A DNA stretch of 64,000 nt from a virus. The notes under the pieces were generated by a model that searched no databases, had not been told where the DNA came from, and saw only the letters and a program-made list of their open reading frames with translations. Below, in pieces: positions 40,175-49,044 of this stretch. The position numbers and the translations under genes are program-made. The stretch covers positions 13,889 to 77,888 of the IMG/VR virus record IMGVR_UViG_3300034013_000676; one strand, 5' to 3'. Position 1 is the stretch's first letter. The number at the start of each line of letters is the position of its first letter.

Positions 40175-40886
40175 GTTACCCAAAAAAGTATGGTGCATAG
40201 CTTACATTAATCGTGACAAATTAGAATTGGTAGAAACAGAGTTAAGAAGGTATGGTTATAAAGTTGAGGCTTATATCCCAACAGTTAAAATCCTTAAGAA
40301 GAAATTTAAGAACAAGGACGTATTTGAGGAAACCCCTTTATTATTTAATTATGGATTCTTTAGGTTAAAGTATAATGATGCATGTAACCCAGATTTCTTA
40401 ATGGAACTAAGGAGCCGGATTACGTGCATTTATGCTTGGGTAAAGGACCCAATATCCAATCTATCTAAATTAGGTAAACTAAGGATGGATAACCATAACT
40501 TTATAAAAGCTATGCCAGCCTCTGCCATTTGCACAGACCAAGAAGTTGCCAACTTGGTTAAGGAAGCAGAAAAATCTAGTGTATTTTCAGCTGATGAAAT
40601 TAATAGACTAAGTAAGGGGGATTATATTACACTTAAGGGTTACCCATTTGATGATATGCCAGCAAAAATCATAAGTATCAATAAGAGTAATAAAACTGTA
40701 AGAGTAAAACTTTTAACAGAAGGTATATTTGATAAGGTTACACTAGCTTTCGAGAATGTATTCTACACAGTTTACCAGGGTTATGATGATAGCCTAACTA
40801 AGGGTGATAACTATGATGAAATGATTGCCAATAAACACAAAACCAATAAGGTTGATAAAATGATATTCGAAAACTATGGCGAGTAA
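40158..40886 (+). CDS. NusG/UpxY/RfaH-family transcription factor
   Basis: NGN: WCIAY, EAYIP, PLLFNYGF; KOW: KGDYITLKGYPFDDMPAKIISIN. Confidence 0.8.
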   Translation: MTKQNKLPKKVWCIAYINRDKLELVETELRRYGYKVEAYIPTVKILKKKFKNKDVFEETPLLFNYGFFRLKYNDACNPDFLMELRSRITCIYAWVKDPISNLSKLGKLRMDNHNFIKAMPASAICTDQEVANLVKEAEKSSVFSADEINRLSKGDYITLKGYPFDDMPAKIISINKSNKTVRVKLLTEGIFDKVTLAFENVFYTVYQGYDDSLTKGDNYDEMIANKHKTNKVDKMIFENYGE

Positions 40887-41874
40887 AAACAAATTAGCTT
40901 GGGGGATACTTAGCGATGATGAGAAAGGGGCTTTAGTACTAAGTATACAACATGGTAAATCAACATGGCAAGCCGGAGAGATAATGAATAAAGCTCATTA
41001 CAAATATTTGGAGATACAAGCTAGAGCAAATCATTTTTTTAAAATGTTTACTCTATATTTTGAATCAACTGGTAACATAAAGATACCTATGGATATAGCT
41101 CTAAATAGGGATTTTAGGGAATTTATATTACTAACGGTATTTGAAAGGAGAACCTTAAAAGAAGCTATAAAAACATTAGGAATTAAATCAGCATTTATTG
41201 TACCTCAAGCAAGGACAAGGATTATAGGGGAGAGTCTAAAGCAATTATGCGAAGATGATAACCCAATAGCTCAGAGCCTATATGATTTAATAATGGATTT
41301 CGATAGATGGAACAATTCAAGGATATTACCTATTGATTACCAAGAACCCTCTGCCTTCAAACGTAGGAATAAAACACGATTACTAAAACATTTAAAGAAC
41401 CTATCAGAACTAGACCCTTATCATATAAAGAGGTTTACAGACAGGTTTAGAGCAAAGAACACAGATAGGAAACCCTACTACATTGCCTTACTGTCCAGTT
41501 CATTTGAGGGAGGCTATGAAGTACTTCCCGTAAAAAGGAAAACTGATATAATCGAATACACATCAAAGAAGCTTAGGTTATACCTATTCAAGGAAAAGGT
41601 GGATGCAGATGAATTCGGTTTCTTAGTTAGTAGGTATCTTAGGGATGGTAATAAGGATTGTAAATCAGGACAAAGGTTTTGGCCATTATATCGTAAGTCT
41701 ATTAATTGTGCGGTTAATTACTTAGAGGTTAATAACATCATTACAAGGAGAAAACATTTAGAGAAAGCATTTAGAGACACAGACCATCTGGTTATCAGGA
41801 AACTTAGTAAGAAAGCTAATGATGTATCAGATGCTCAGGTAAGAGTAAACCCGGATAAATTCTGGGATATCTAA
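40876..41874 (+). CDS. Hypothetical protein with N-terminal sigma-region-4-like HTH
   Basis: LSDDEKGALVLSIQHGKSTWQAGEIMN...EIQARA. Confidence 0.5.
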   Translation: MASKNKLAWGILSDDEKGALVLSIQHGKSTWQAGEIMNKAHYKYLEIQARANHFFKMFTLYFESTGNIKIPMDIALNRDFREFILLTVFERRTLKEAIKTLGIKSAFIVPQARTRIIGESLKQLCEDDNPIAQSLYDLIMDFDRWNNSRILPIDYQEPSAFKRRNKTRLLKHLKNLSELDPYHIKRFTDRFRAKNTDRKPYYIALLSSSFEGGYEVLPVKRKTDIIEYTSKKLRLYLFKEKVDADEFGFLVSRYLRDGNKDCKSGQRFWPLYRKSINCAVNYLEVNNIITRRKHLEKAFRDTDHLVIRKLSKKANDVSDAQVRVNPDKFWDI

Positions 41875-41898
41875 GTGTTCTATTAATTTGTATATTTG
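41875..41898 (+). promoter_or_regulatory. Early promoter GTGTT-N11-TAWATTTG (1/16)
   Basis: Repeated motif containing the Bacteroidota -7 element. Confidence 0.8.
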
Positions 41899-41925
41899 TC
41901 CTTTAATTATTAAAATATAAAAATT

Positions 41926-42456
41926 ATGATAAATAGAGCATCAACAGCAGATATTGCTAATTTAGCATTAGCTAAATCAAACCTAACCTATAAGGATTTA
42001 AAAAAAGAATGTATCCAACGAGGTATGCCTTTCATAGATGTATTATCGGGGGATTTCCCTAGGTTAACACATTGGTTACTTAATAACCTACACAAAACTT
42101 TTAACAGTGATTTACTGGATGAATTTGATGATTTTCAGGAGAAAATTCTTAAAGAAAATGGTAAGACAGAGCTTATTCATAATTCCTTAAGATTAGGTTA
42201 TCTCGGGGAAAGAGATGATGCCGAACCAGTTGTCAAAAAAGATAAAGTTATCAAAGAAAAAAAAGCACCACGGGAAAAAACTGAGGGGGGTTTATTTAAG
42301 GGTACCAAAAAGGCTTACACTTTCGATTTACAAATTAAAGGTAAAAAATTAGAGGAAGTACTTATCAAGGTTAAACGTAAATTCCCAGATGCGGTAGATA
42401 AATCAATTAAAATATGGTTTAACAAATCCCGTAAACTAAATGCAACACATAAATAG
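41926..42456 (+). CDS. Hypothetical protein, basic C-terminus
   Basis: ORF directly downstream of a promoter. Confidence 0.65.
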   Translation: MINRASTADIANLALAKSNLTYKDLKKECIQRGMPFIDVLSGDFPRLTHWLLNNLHKTFNSDLLDEFDDFQEKILKENGKTELIHNSLRLGYLGERDDAEPVVKKDKVIKEKKAPREKTEGGLFKGTKKAYTFDLQIKGKKLEEVLIKVKRKFPDAVDKSIKIWFNKSRKLNATHK

Positions 42457-42814
42457 GAGGCCAGTACAACCTAATAAATGGTACATAGTCGATACTAACA
42501 GAATATCTAAGCTTAACAAAGTTCCTAGACTATTCAAGAATAAGTTTGACAATAGTTACCAAGCTAAAACCTGTATACGAAAATACCTAGGTGATAGTAT
42601 TAGGTTCGATTATATTAAAGGGAGTCAAGCTATCGAATTAGGGATGACTGTTATGAATAGAGATCCCCAAGTTTGGGGTAAACCGGGTTTCTTTGGAAGG
42701 AAATATGACTATGAAGAAGAGGACACCACCTGGAGAAATAGGAAAACCTATCGAACTCGTTTCAGAAGGCACAACAGAAAAAAGAATGGGTTTTATTATA
42801 AACGTAAGGCATGA
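42440..42814 (+). CDS. Highly basic hypothetical protein (degenerate YP-module)
   Basis: KYDYEEEDTTWRNRKTYRTRFRR. Confidence 0.6.
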   Translation: MQHINRRPVQPNKWYIVDTNRISKLNKVPRLFKNKFDNSYQAKTCIRKYLGDSIRFDYIKGSQAIELGMTVMNRDPQVWGKPGFFGRKYDYEEEDTTWRNRKTYRTRFRRHNRKKNGFYYKRKA

Positions 42815-43449
42815 GAAAAAAACCATCAAATAATTACTCGAAGAGTGATTTCGTTCAAGGGTTATTTAAAGGTGATCTAGAAAGATTCCTTAAAAGGGTG
42901 TATAAGAAAAGTGGGAATGAATTAAACTTTTCTACAACTTTACCCAAATGGGCCAAGGAGGACCAAGAGTTAGTTAATTTTATAAGGAGGAGGAATTTTC
43001 CGGGATTAATGAATAACCTATGCAATATACATTTGGTTATGATGAAATATTATAAATCCGAATTAACCCTGGAATCCTTTAAATTAACAGAAAGATTAGA
43101 GGATGTACTATCTGATGAAATATGGAAATATGTTTCAGAGAAAAAGAGATATGATACCCTTATATTAGGTAAGGCTGAGATTAAGGTACCTAAGAAGGAA
43201 GCCTTAAGAGAATTAAAGAAAAGGGGTTTTGTTAAGGTTATAGACTTCGAAAACTATGATCCAACTATGGGTCATATAATTACTGGGGGTAAACTCAAGA
43301 ATATTAAATTATACTACCCCATGAATTTTAAAGTGGGAAGGTATATAACCAAAGACCCAGATGATATTTCTAAACCAAGTGTTATATTAGCCCAGGAATT
43401 TATAGGGTTAAAGGCATTCACTAGAATAATAACTCCGAAAGATAGATAA
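42811..43449 (+). CDS. Hypothetical protein
   Basis: Coupled ORF. Confidence 0.6.
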   Translation: MRKKPSNNYSKSDFVQGLFKGDLERFLKRVYKKSGNELNFSTTLPKWAKEDQELVNFIRRRNFPGLMNNLCNIHLVMMKYYKSELTLESFKLTERLEDVLSDEIWKYVSEKKRYDTLILGKAEIKVPKKEALRELKKRGFVKVIDFENYDPTMGHIITGGKLKNIKLYYPMNFKVGRYITKDPDDISKPSVILAQEFIGLKAFTRIITPKDR

Positions 43450-43457
43450 ATACTATA
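43450..43457 (+). promoter_or_regulatory. RTACTATW motif
   Basis: ATACTATA in the intergenic gap. Confidence 0.45.
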
Positions 43458-43478
43458 CTAAATAAACAATCATATATT

Positions 43479-43775
43479 ATGAGCGAAATTAAATTAGAGG
43501 TACGAAGATACCGGGTCCCAATAGGTAGGACAACAAAACCTAATGAGGAAGGTGAAATGGTTAAGCTGGTATCATACCAGGAAGTTGACTTAAAGGATTA
43601 CTACAAAGATTCCGAGGAAATTACCATTGAGGGAATAGAATCACTCAACGATGAGGGAATTAAGGTTAATGCATATAATTCTAGACAGTTAAGTTTTGCT
43701 CAGAAAGATGATACTATTGTAAGTATATATAAAAAGGTTATCTGCAAACCTAAAACAGCAGAGTCTAAACATTAA
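43479..43775 (+). CDS. Hypothetical protein
   Basis: ORF with A-rich start context. Confidence 0.6.
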   Translation: MSEIKLEVRRYRVPIGRTTKPNEEGEMVKLVSYQEVDLKDYYKDSEEITIEGIESLNDEGIKVNAYNSRQLSFAQKDDTIVSIYKKVICKPKTAESKH

Positions 43776-43798
43776 TTAATATTAAACAATTTTTAAAG

Positions 43799-44509
43799 AT
43801 GGCAAAAGAAGCAAAAAAATCCCAATTCGAAATCTCTGACTTAGAGGGGAAAAAGTTGAAAACTGTAAATGAGCTAGGAAATGGCTTCGCTCGTTTAACA
43901 TTCGAAGGAGGCTCAGCAATCGTTGCACAAGTAGTACCAATAGCAATGACCGTTAAAGGTTCTGCTGAAGAGGATGATGAAGATGAGGATGAAGTATCTG
44001 TAGAGGATATGAAAGTCGCTCTTCTTGAATCTGGTATGACCAAAAAGGCTTTAAACAAATTATCTGATGAGGCTCTTCAAGAAGCATTCGAAGCTTTAAC
44101 CGAGGATGAAGACGAAGAGGAAGAGGATGATGAAGACGAAGAGGAAGAGGATGATGAAGAGGAAGAAGAGGAAGAAGAGGATGATGACGAAGATGATGAG
44201 GATGATGACGAAGATGATGAGGATGATGACGAAGATGAAGAAGATGAGGATGATGACGAAGATGATGAGGATGATGAGGATGAAGAGGAAGATGATGAGG
44301 ATGATGAGGATGAAGAGGAAGAGGATGATGAGGATGAATCTGCGGGCATTACCAAATCTGAATTAGAGGAAGCTGACTTCGACGACTTGGAGGATATGAT
44401 TGATGACAACGAATATGACATCGACATTGAAGAGTACGATGCTGATAACAAAAAATCAGTTGAGAAATTAAGAAAAGCAGTTGCCAAAGCAGCTGGTATC
44501 AAATTGTAA
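43799..44509 (+). CDS. Hyper-acidic protein with a 79-residue Asp/Glu tract
   Basis: GAN-only codons 44102-44338 flanked by folded-looking segments. Confidence 0.8.
   Translation: MAKEAKKSQFEISDLEGKKLKTVNELGNGFARLTFEGGSAIVAQVVPIAMTVKGSAEEDDEDEDEVSVEDMKVALLESGMTKKALNKLSDEALQEAFEALTEDEDEEEEDDEDEEEEDDEEEEEEEEDDDEDDEDDDEDDEDDDEDEEDEDDDEDDEDDEDEEEDDEDDEDEEEEDDEDESAGITKSELEEADFDDLEDMIDDNEYDIDIEEYDADNKKSVEKLRKAVAKAAGIKL
44102..44338 (+). repeat. Low-complexity GAN-codon tract with internal tandem units (e.g. GAGGATGATGACGAAGATGAT)
   Basis: Directly visible. Confidence 0.9.
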
Positions 44510-44540
44510 ACCTAACATTAATTATTTAAATACTTTCATT

Positions 44541-44873
44541 ATGGCGACAGCTAAGAAAACAGTAAAAGCGGACACGGCTCCGGCAAAAGAGGAAACAACA
44601 AAGAAAAAAAGAGTTCCTAAAGAAAAGAGTACAGAGAATTACGCACATTTAAACCTAACGGTTGATGGGGATGTAACTACAAGAACTCGAGTTATGCATA
44701 TAAGAGGGTTTGGGGTTCAAATCGAAACTACAGTATCTCACAAAGGTATCCCGGTATCAGTAGCAACAAACTTCGTTCAAGGGTTAAAACCAAAATCGAA
44801 AAAAGAGGCTAAGTTCTTGGTTATCGACAAAGGTCCAAAACCAAAGAAAGATAAAAAAGCTAAAAAAGCCTAA
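44541..44873 (+). CDS. Lys-rich small protein
   Basis: MATAKKTVKADTAPAK...KKDKKAKKA. Confidence 0.7.
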   Translation: MATAKKTVKADTAPAKEETTKKKRVPKEKSTENYAHLNLTVDGDVTTRTRVMHIRGFGVQIETTVSHKGIPVSVATNFVQGLKPKSKKEAKFLVIDKGPKPKKDKKAKKA

Positions 44874-44897
44874 GCATAAGGCAACCTAATTATTATG

Positions 44898-44930
44898 AAA
44901 ATCCCGCGGTTAAATCCCCGGGATTTTTTT
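44898..44930 (+). terminator. Intrinsic terminator abutting an early promoter
   Basis: AAAATCCCG...CGGGATTTTTTT. Confidence 0.8.
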
Positions 44931-44954
44931 GTGTTTTTATATTTTGTATATTTG
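44931..44954 (+). promoter_or_regulatory. Early promoter (2/16)
   Basis: GTGTT-N11-TATATTTG. Confidence 0.8.
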
Positions 44955-44987
44955 TCCTATAAATAATTAATTAAAAAATATCTAATA

Positions 44988-45323
44988 ATGGCAAAGATAA
45001 CCAAAGTAAGAGTACCTAAAGATGTTCATGATTACCTATTAAAGATGGGTAAATTTAACCGAGGAAAAACCGCTACAGAAATATCGGATATTATACAAGA
45101 TATTAGGCGAATAAAGCTAAGTATATTAGACCTAAGGTTAAAACTGAAAAATACAGGTCTAAACAATCTTGACAGGTATTTTAAAGAAGTAGAAGCATTA
45201 AGAGAATTAACAGAGGACAGGCGTCAAATAATTATTTTCGATTACCTAATACTAGAGCTTACCCAAATAGAACATAAATTTCCCAATATTGCTCTTAATA
45301 AAATTGTAGAACCTTTAGAATAA
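44988..45323 (+). CDS. Hypothetical protein, possible ribbon-helix-helix N-terminus
   Basis: ITKVRVPKDVHDYLLKM. Confidence 0.5.
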   Translation: MAKITKVRVPKDVHDYLLKMGKFNRGKTATEISDIIQDIRRIKLSILDLRLKLKNTGLNNLDRYFKEVEALRELTEDRRQIIIFDYLILELTQIEHKFPNIALNKIVEPLE

Positions 45324-46000
45324 TGAGAAACTATAAACACTATAAACTTTACCTAAGAAATCCTAAGGAAAGATGGCTAGATTATTCATTGAGTTCTTTA
45401 CCTGTCCTATTGGATAAACTTAAAAAGGACGAGGCTTTTCTAAACAGGGCCTCCCTTTTTATGCCAATCAAGAACGAGGTATTTATACCTTATAATGGTT
45501 TATCAGTTACAAAGAAGTACTCAAACATTATAAGGTTAATTATAGAACACTTGGAGTGTAGGGGTATATGGATAAACCATATCACAGATAATCACGAGGT
45601 TATTAATACAGTCCAGGTTTATGGTTATCCGGAGGATTTAGAATTAGCCATGAATGTCCTTAATTATTATGTTAATGGGATTTTAATGGTAGAGGAATAT
45701 CTTATGAAGGAATGTAGAAGAATAAAGCTTAACAGTAGACGTATAGGAAAGAAGCAGTTATATAATACCAGAACTAAAGTATCAAATAATATCAAGCTTT
45801 ATATAGAAGAACTAGAGGAAGTATTAAATGACACTATTCCATTAGTCTCCCCAGATAGGAAACTAAAGATAACAATATTATTTAGGCACATATATGAAAG
45901 TAAAAGGATTGACTTTAAAGGTTATAAAAACTTAAAGGGCCCAACACTTAAATCAGCAACATGTAAACCTGGTTCAATTCACTTAAACAGATTAGTATGA
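45323..46000 (+). CDS. Hypothetical protein
   Basis: VQVYGYPEDLELA loosely resembles LTIFGEKNTIEQV of the DUF2786 protein. Confidence 0.55.
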   Translation: MRNYKHYKLYLRNPKERWLDYSLSSLPVLLDKLKKDEAFLNRASLFMPIKNEVFIPYNGLSVTKKYSNIIRLIIEHLECRGIWINHITDNHEVINTVQVYGYPEDLELAMNVLNYYVNGILMVEEYLMKECRRIKLNSRRIGKKQLYNTRTKVSNNIKLYIEELEEVLNDTIPLVSPDRKLKITILFRHIYESKRIDFKGYKNLKGPTLKSATCKPGSIHLNRLV

Positions 46001-46359
46001 ATAGAGTAGAACAAAAAATAGAACAGTTAGATAAGCTTGTCCTGAGTTATGCAATGTTAAACGAAGAGTATAAGCAGAAGGGTAAAAGGAAAGGTACAAT
46101 CTATTATGAGTCTATAAAATTGATTAAAAAGAAGGTTGATAGGTTAAAGAGAGAATTAAAACAATTATCTTACGACTCAATCACCAGCTGGACTATTTTC
46201 TATGAAGAGAATAATATTCAGTATAGAGTAAACTTCAAAATCAGTTCTACGTTAACTAGTGAGGAAGTAACAAGCTTATACCAATACAATTATCCCGAAA
46301 GATTAATACTCGGGCTGGAATATATCGAAATATTACTAATTGGCATTCCTAGAAGCTAA
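45997..46359 (+). CDS. Hypothetical protein
   Basis: Coupled ORF. Confidence 0.55.
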   Translation: MNRVEQKIEQLDKLVLSYAMLNEEYKQKGKRKGTIYYESIKLIKKKVDRLKRELKQLSYDSITSWTIFYEENNIQYRVNFKISSTLTSEEVTSLYQYNYPERLILGLEYIEILLIGIPRS

Positions 46360-46373
46360 TTCTGGGAAAGTTA

Positions 46374-46381
46374 GTACTATA
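46374..46381 (+). promoter_or_regulatory. RTACTATW motif
   Basis: GTACTATA in the intergenic gap. Confidence 0.45.
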
Positions 46382-46420
46382 TTATTATCAATAATCTTTA
46401 TTAATTAAATTTTTATCACA

Positions 46421-47011
46421 ATGGCAAAAGAATCCTACAAGAACAAGGAAGCGGCAGTAAAAGCCCAAGAAGCTCAAAAAGAAGTAGTAGTAACAGCTAA
46501 GGCTGCATTAACATCTTACCTCAAGAAAAACAAACTTGAGAGAGATAAGGACTACTCAAAAGACAAAAAGCATGGTAAGGCGTTAAAAACGTTAAACCTT
46601 GAAATCGAGAAGGCTAATGAGAAATTAGTTGAAATCAATAAAATTACCGATTCATTCAAAGCTGAGAAAGCCGGTAAAGGTTCAAAAGACAAGGCAGCAG
46701 CAAAAGACTCTTCATCTAAAGGGGCTAAAACTACTCACACATATCCTGAAGGCTTAACTTCAGCTGAGAAGAAAAAATGGAGAGTAGCCGCAAGAAAAGG
46801 TGTTACAGACGCTAAAGAACTTTTGAAAGCTGCTAAGGCTGACAAGGTTGAAAAGGTTAAAAAAGAGAAGGCTCCTAAGGAAGAGGTTAAATCTGAAAAA
46901 GTTAAGGATACGAAAAAATCCAAAACTAAAGAAACCCCTAAGGAAGAGAAATCTTCTAAGAAAGACAAAAAAGCCAAAGCTAAGAAAGGTAAAAGCTCCA
47001 AAAACGACTAA
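46421..47011 (+). CDS. Lys/Ala-rich histone-H1-like protein with YP-module
   Basis: Very Lys-rich; TYPEGLTSAEKKKWRVAARK. Confidence 0.75.
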   Translation: MAKESYKNKEAAVKAQEAQKEVVVTAKAALTSYLKKNKLERDKDYSKDKKHGKALKTLNLEIEKANEKLVEINKITDSFKAEKAGKGSKDKAAAKDSSSKGAKTTHTYPEGLTSAEKKKWRVAARKGVTDAKELLKAAKADKVEKVKKEKAPKEEVKSEKVKDTKKSKTKETPKEEKSSKKDKKAKAKKGKSSKND

Positions 47012-47040
47012 GGCTCCTTTCGATTTTCTAACAACCACCA

Positions 47041-47074
47041 GAAGCCTCTTCCCTAAAAAGTAGAGGCTTTTTTT
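47041..47074 (+). terminator. Intrinsic terminator
   Basis: AAGCCTCT...AGAGGCTTTTTTT. Confidence 0.8.
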
Positions 47075-47087
47075 AATTAAGCAAACC

Positions 47088-47372
47088 ATGAATGAGACCT
47101 GGTACACAACTGAAACTGATAATGGTTCAAAAGTAAGGATAAAAGAGTGGATAACACCTGGTACCGCTTGGACCCAAGGAACTAAGCATAGCATATTTTT
47201 CATAGAGCTTAGTAATAAAGACTTAGAGATACAAAAATCTTTACCTTTACCAAATTGGAGATGGGACTTTACTGGTAAGGGTCTAACCCTTGAAAAAGGA
47301 AAAATGGATTATGGTGTTACTAAAATGCATTTTGACAACCTTAATATAAAAACTCCCTGGATAAGGGATTAA
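47088..47372 (+). CDS. Hypothetical protein
   Basis: ORF. Confidence 0.55.
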   Translation: MNETWYTTETDNGSKVRIKEWITPGTAWTQGTKHSIFFIELSNKDLEIQKSLPLPNWRWDFTGKGLTLEKGKMDYGVTKMHFDNLNIKTPWIRD

Positions 47373-47382
47373 AAAACTGAAA

Positions 47383-48186
47383 ATGGAAATACAAAAAAAT
47401 ATAAGCATACAACTATTCGATGAGGAAGGTAGAATACTTTCTGAACGATTAGTAAAGCAGGACCCTGAATTTGCAGTAGGTCCTAAAGATAAACATGAAG
47501 GTCCTTTGAGATTACAGTTTACCTTACTAGAATCGGGTGATGTAGACAAAGCTATTACCTACCTTCAAAAGCTTAGTGGGGCATTACCATTAACATCACC
47601 TAACAAACCCAAAGGAAGAGTACCTGGTGCTAAGATAACTGCTGAAGATGTTAATAGGTATGAAGTCTTATTAAATGAGGCAATCACACTATATGGGGAT
47701 AACCAAGATAAACTAATCACCTTCTTAAGGGAAATGGGTTATCTATTCGTAACTGGTGAGTTCCTTAAATTGGTTATACCAGAAACCTATGAAATCAGGG
47801 AACGTTATCTTAAGGATTACCAATTCTTAGTTAAACGTATCAAAGAGGCTAAAGACCCAAGGAATGATAAGTTTGACCCAGTACTAATATTTGGTATCAA
47901 AATCATTGAAGAGAGAAGTCCTAGAATCCTTACTATTATGAACGGTGAAGTAAGTAAAAGGGTAGTTGACTTACCTACTGAAAAAGCTATGACAGTTAAA
48001 TCAACCAACTTGTTAAAGTACCCAGCTTATATGACAGAAGAGGAAAGATACAAATTCGGTATAGAGCACAGAACCTTATTTAAAGACCCAACTAAGAAAC
48101 CTACTAAGTTTTACCTACGATGGTATAAAGATGTTAAAGTAGGTGATGAGCTTAAGTTTAATGTTAAGGCAAGGTTAACTGAGTAA
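47383..48186 (+). CDS. Hypothetical protein with YP-module
   Basis: KYPAYMTEEERYKFGIEHR near the C-terminus. Confidence 0.7.
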   Translation: MEIQKNISIQLFDEEGRILSERLVKQDPEFAVGPKDKHEGPLRLQFTLLESGDVDKAITYLQKLSGALPLTSPNKPKGRVPGAKITAEDVNRYEVLLNEAITLYGDNQDKLITFLREMGYLFVTGEFLKLVIPETYEIRERYLKDYQFLVKRIKEAKDPRNDKFDPVLIFGIKIIEERSPRILTIMNGEVSKRVVDLPTEKAMTVKSTNLLKYPAYMTEEERYKFGIEHRTLFKDPTKKPTKFYLRWYKDVKVGDELKFNVKARLTE

Positions 48187-48191
48187 AACAA

Positions 48192-48215
48192 GTGTTTTAA
48201 TAATTTGTATATTTG
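48192..48215 (+). promoter_or_regulatory. Early promoter (3/16)
   Basis: GTGTT-N11-TATATTTG. Confidence 0.8.
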
Positions 48216-48255
48216 AATAATGAAAAATTTATATAATCATAAAACACTTAACCCT

Positions 48256-48396
48256 ATGGGAAATCCTAAAATCGAACCTAAAATAGTAAAACTGGAAACT
48301 GTATCAAAAACCCTAAATGGTTGCATGGTGACAATGGGTATAATACTTTGTATAGGTTGCTTAGCAATCCTATTATCTATACTCTTTTCAAACTAA
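48256..48396 (+). CDS. Small single-TM peptide (46 aa, not in the ORF track)
   Basis: MGNPKIEPK...CMVTMGIILCIGCLAILLSILFSN; stop overlaps the Nudix ATG. Confidence 0.6.
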   Translation: MGNPKIEPKIVKLETVSKTLNGCMVTMGIILCIGCLAILLSILFSN

Positions 48397-48782
48397 TGGC
48401 ACTAAAAAGAGTATGGTTAATATTAAAGGTGGAAGGAACTGATAAGCTCCTTATCCTTAAAAGAAGTAAGAGCTCCAATAACCCCAAACAATGGGATTTT
48501 ATAGGAGGCTCATCCCAAGGTAAAATTAAACCGAGAAAACTTATCAGGAAAGAATCCCTTGAAGAAATCGGTTTTATCCCTAGGATGAGCCTCCTATCAA
48601 CTTTCTATAAAAAGGGAAGTGTCTATCACTATTATATTGGGGTAATCAAGAAAACAGAGTTAATTAATATCCAATTGAATTATGAACATAGTAAATTTGA
48701 TACGCTAGAATTACATAAGCTACGTAAAAAAAGGAAACTCCATCACTCTGTTAAGTTTTATTTGTCAAATGTAAATAACTAA
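48396..48782 (+). CDS. Nudix-fold hydrolase (degenerate box)
   Basis: LLILKRS...WDFIGG...RKESLEEIG. Confidence 0.75.
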   Translation: MALKRVWLILKVEGTDKLLILKRSKSSNNPKQWDFIGGSSQGKIKPRKLIRKESLEEIGFIPRMSLLSTFYKKGSVYHYYIGVIKKTELINIQLNYEHSKFDTLELHKLRKKRKLHHSVKFYLSNVNN

Positions 48783-48786
48783 TCCT

Positions 48787-49044
48787 ATGGATGAATATGT
48801 AGTGTACAACCACTCAAGTGGTAAATTCATTAGCACAAAGCCTAAAGTAGAAGGTAATCATACCTTTACTAAAAACTTAGAATCAGCTAAAAAGTTTGGA
48901 GGACATAAGGCCGCTATGGAATATATAAGAGCTGAAGGCCTAAGTGAAAGATGTTTAACATTTAGCCATGACTTCGCTAACTCAGTATCCTTCAGAAGAT
49001 TAAACGAACCAATCATTAACAAAAGAAAATATTATAATGGGTAA
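48787..49044 (+). CDS. Hypothetical protein
   Basis: ORF. Confidence 0.55.
   Translation: MDEYVVYNHSSGKFISTKPKVEGNHTFTKNLESAKKFGGHKAAMEYIRAEGLSERCLTFSHDFANSVSFRRLNEPIINKRKYYNG

Noticed and set aside
44077-44502. Poly-Ser minus-strand ORF and the MKR-rich + frame ORF at 44106
   Set aside because: Frame shadows of the GAN-codon acidic tract.
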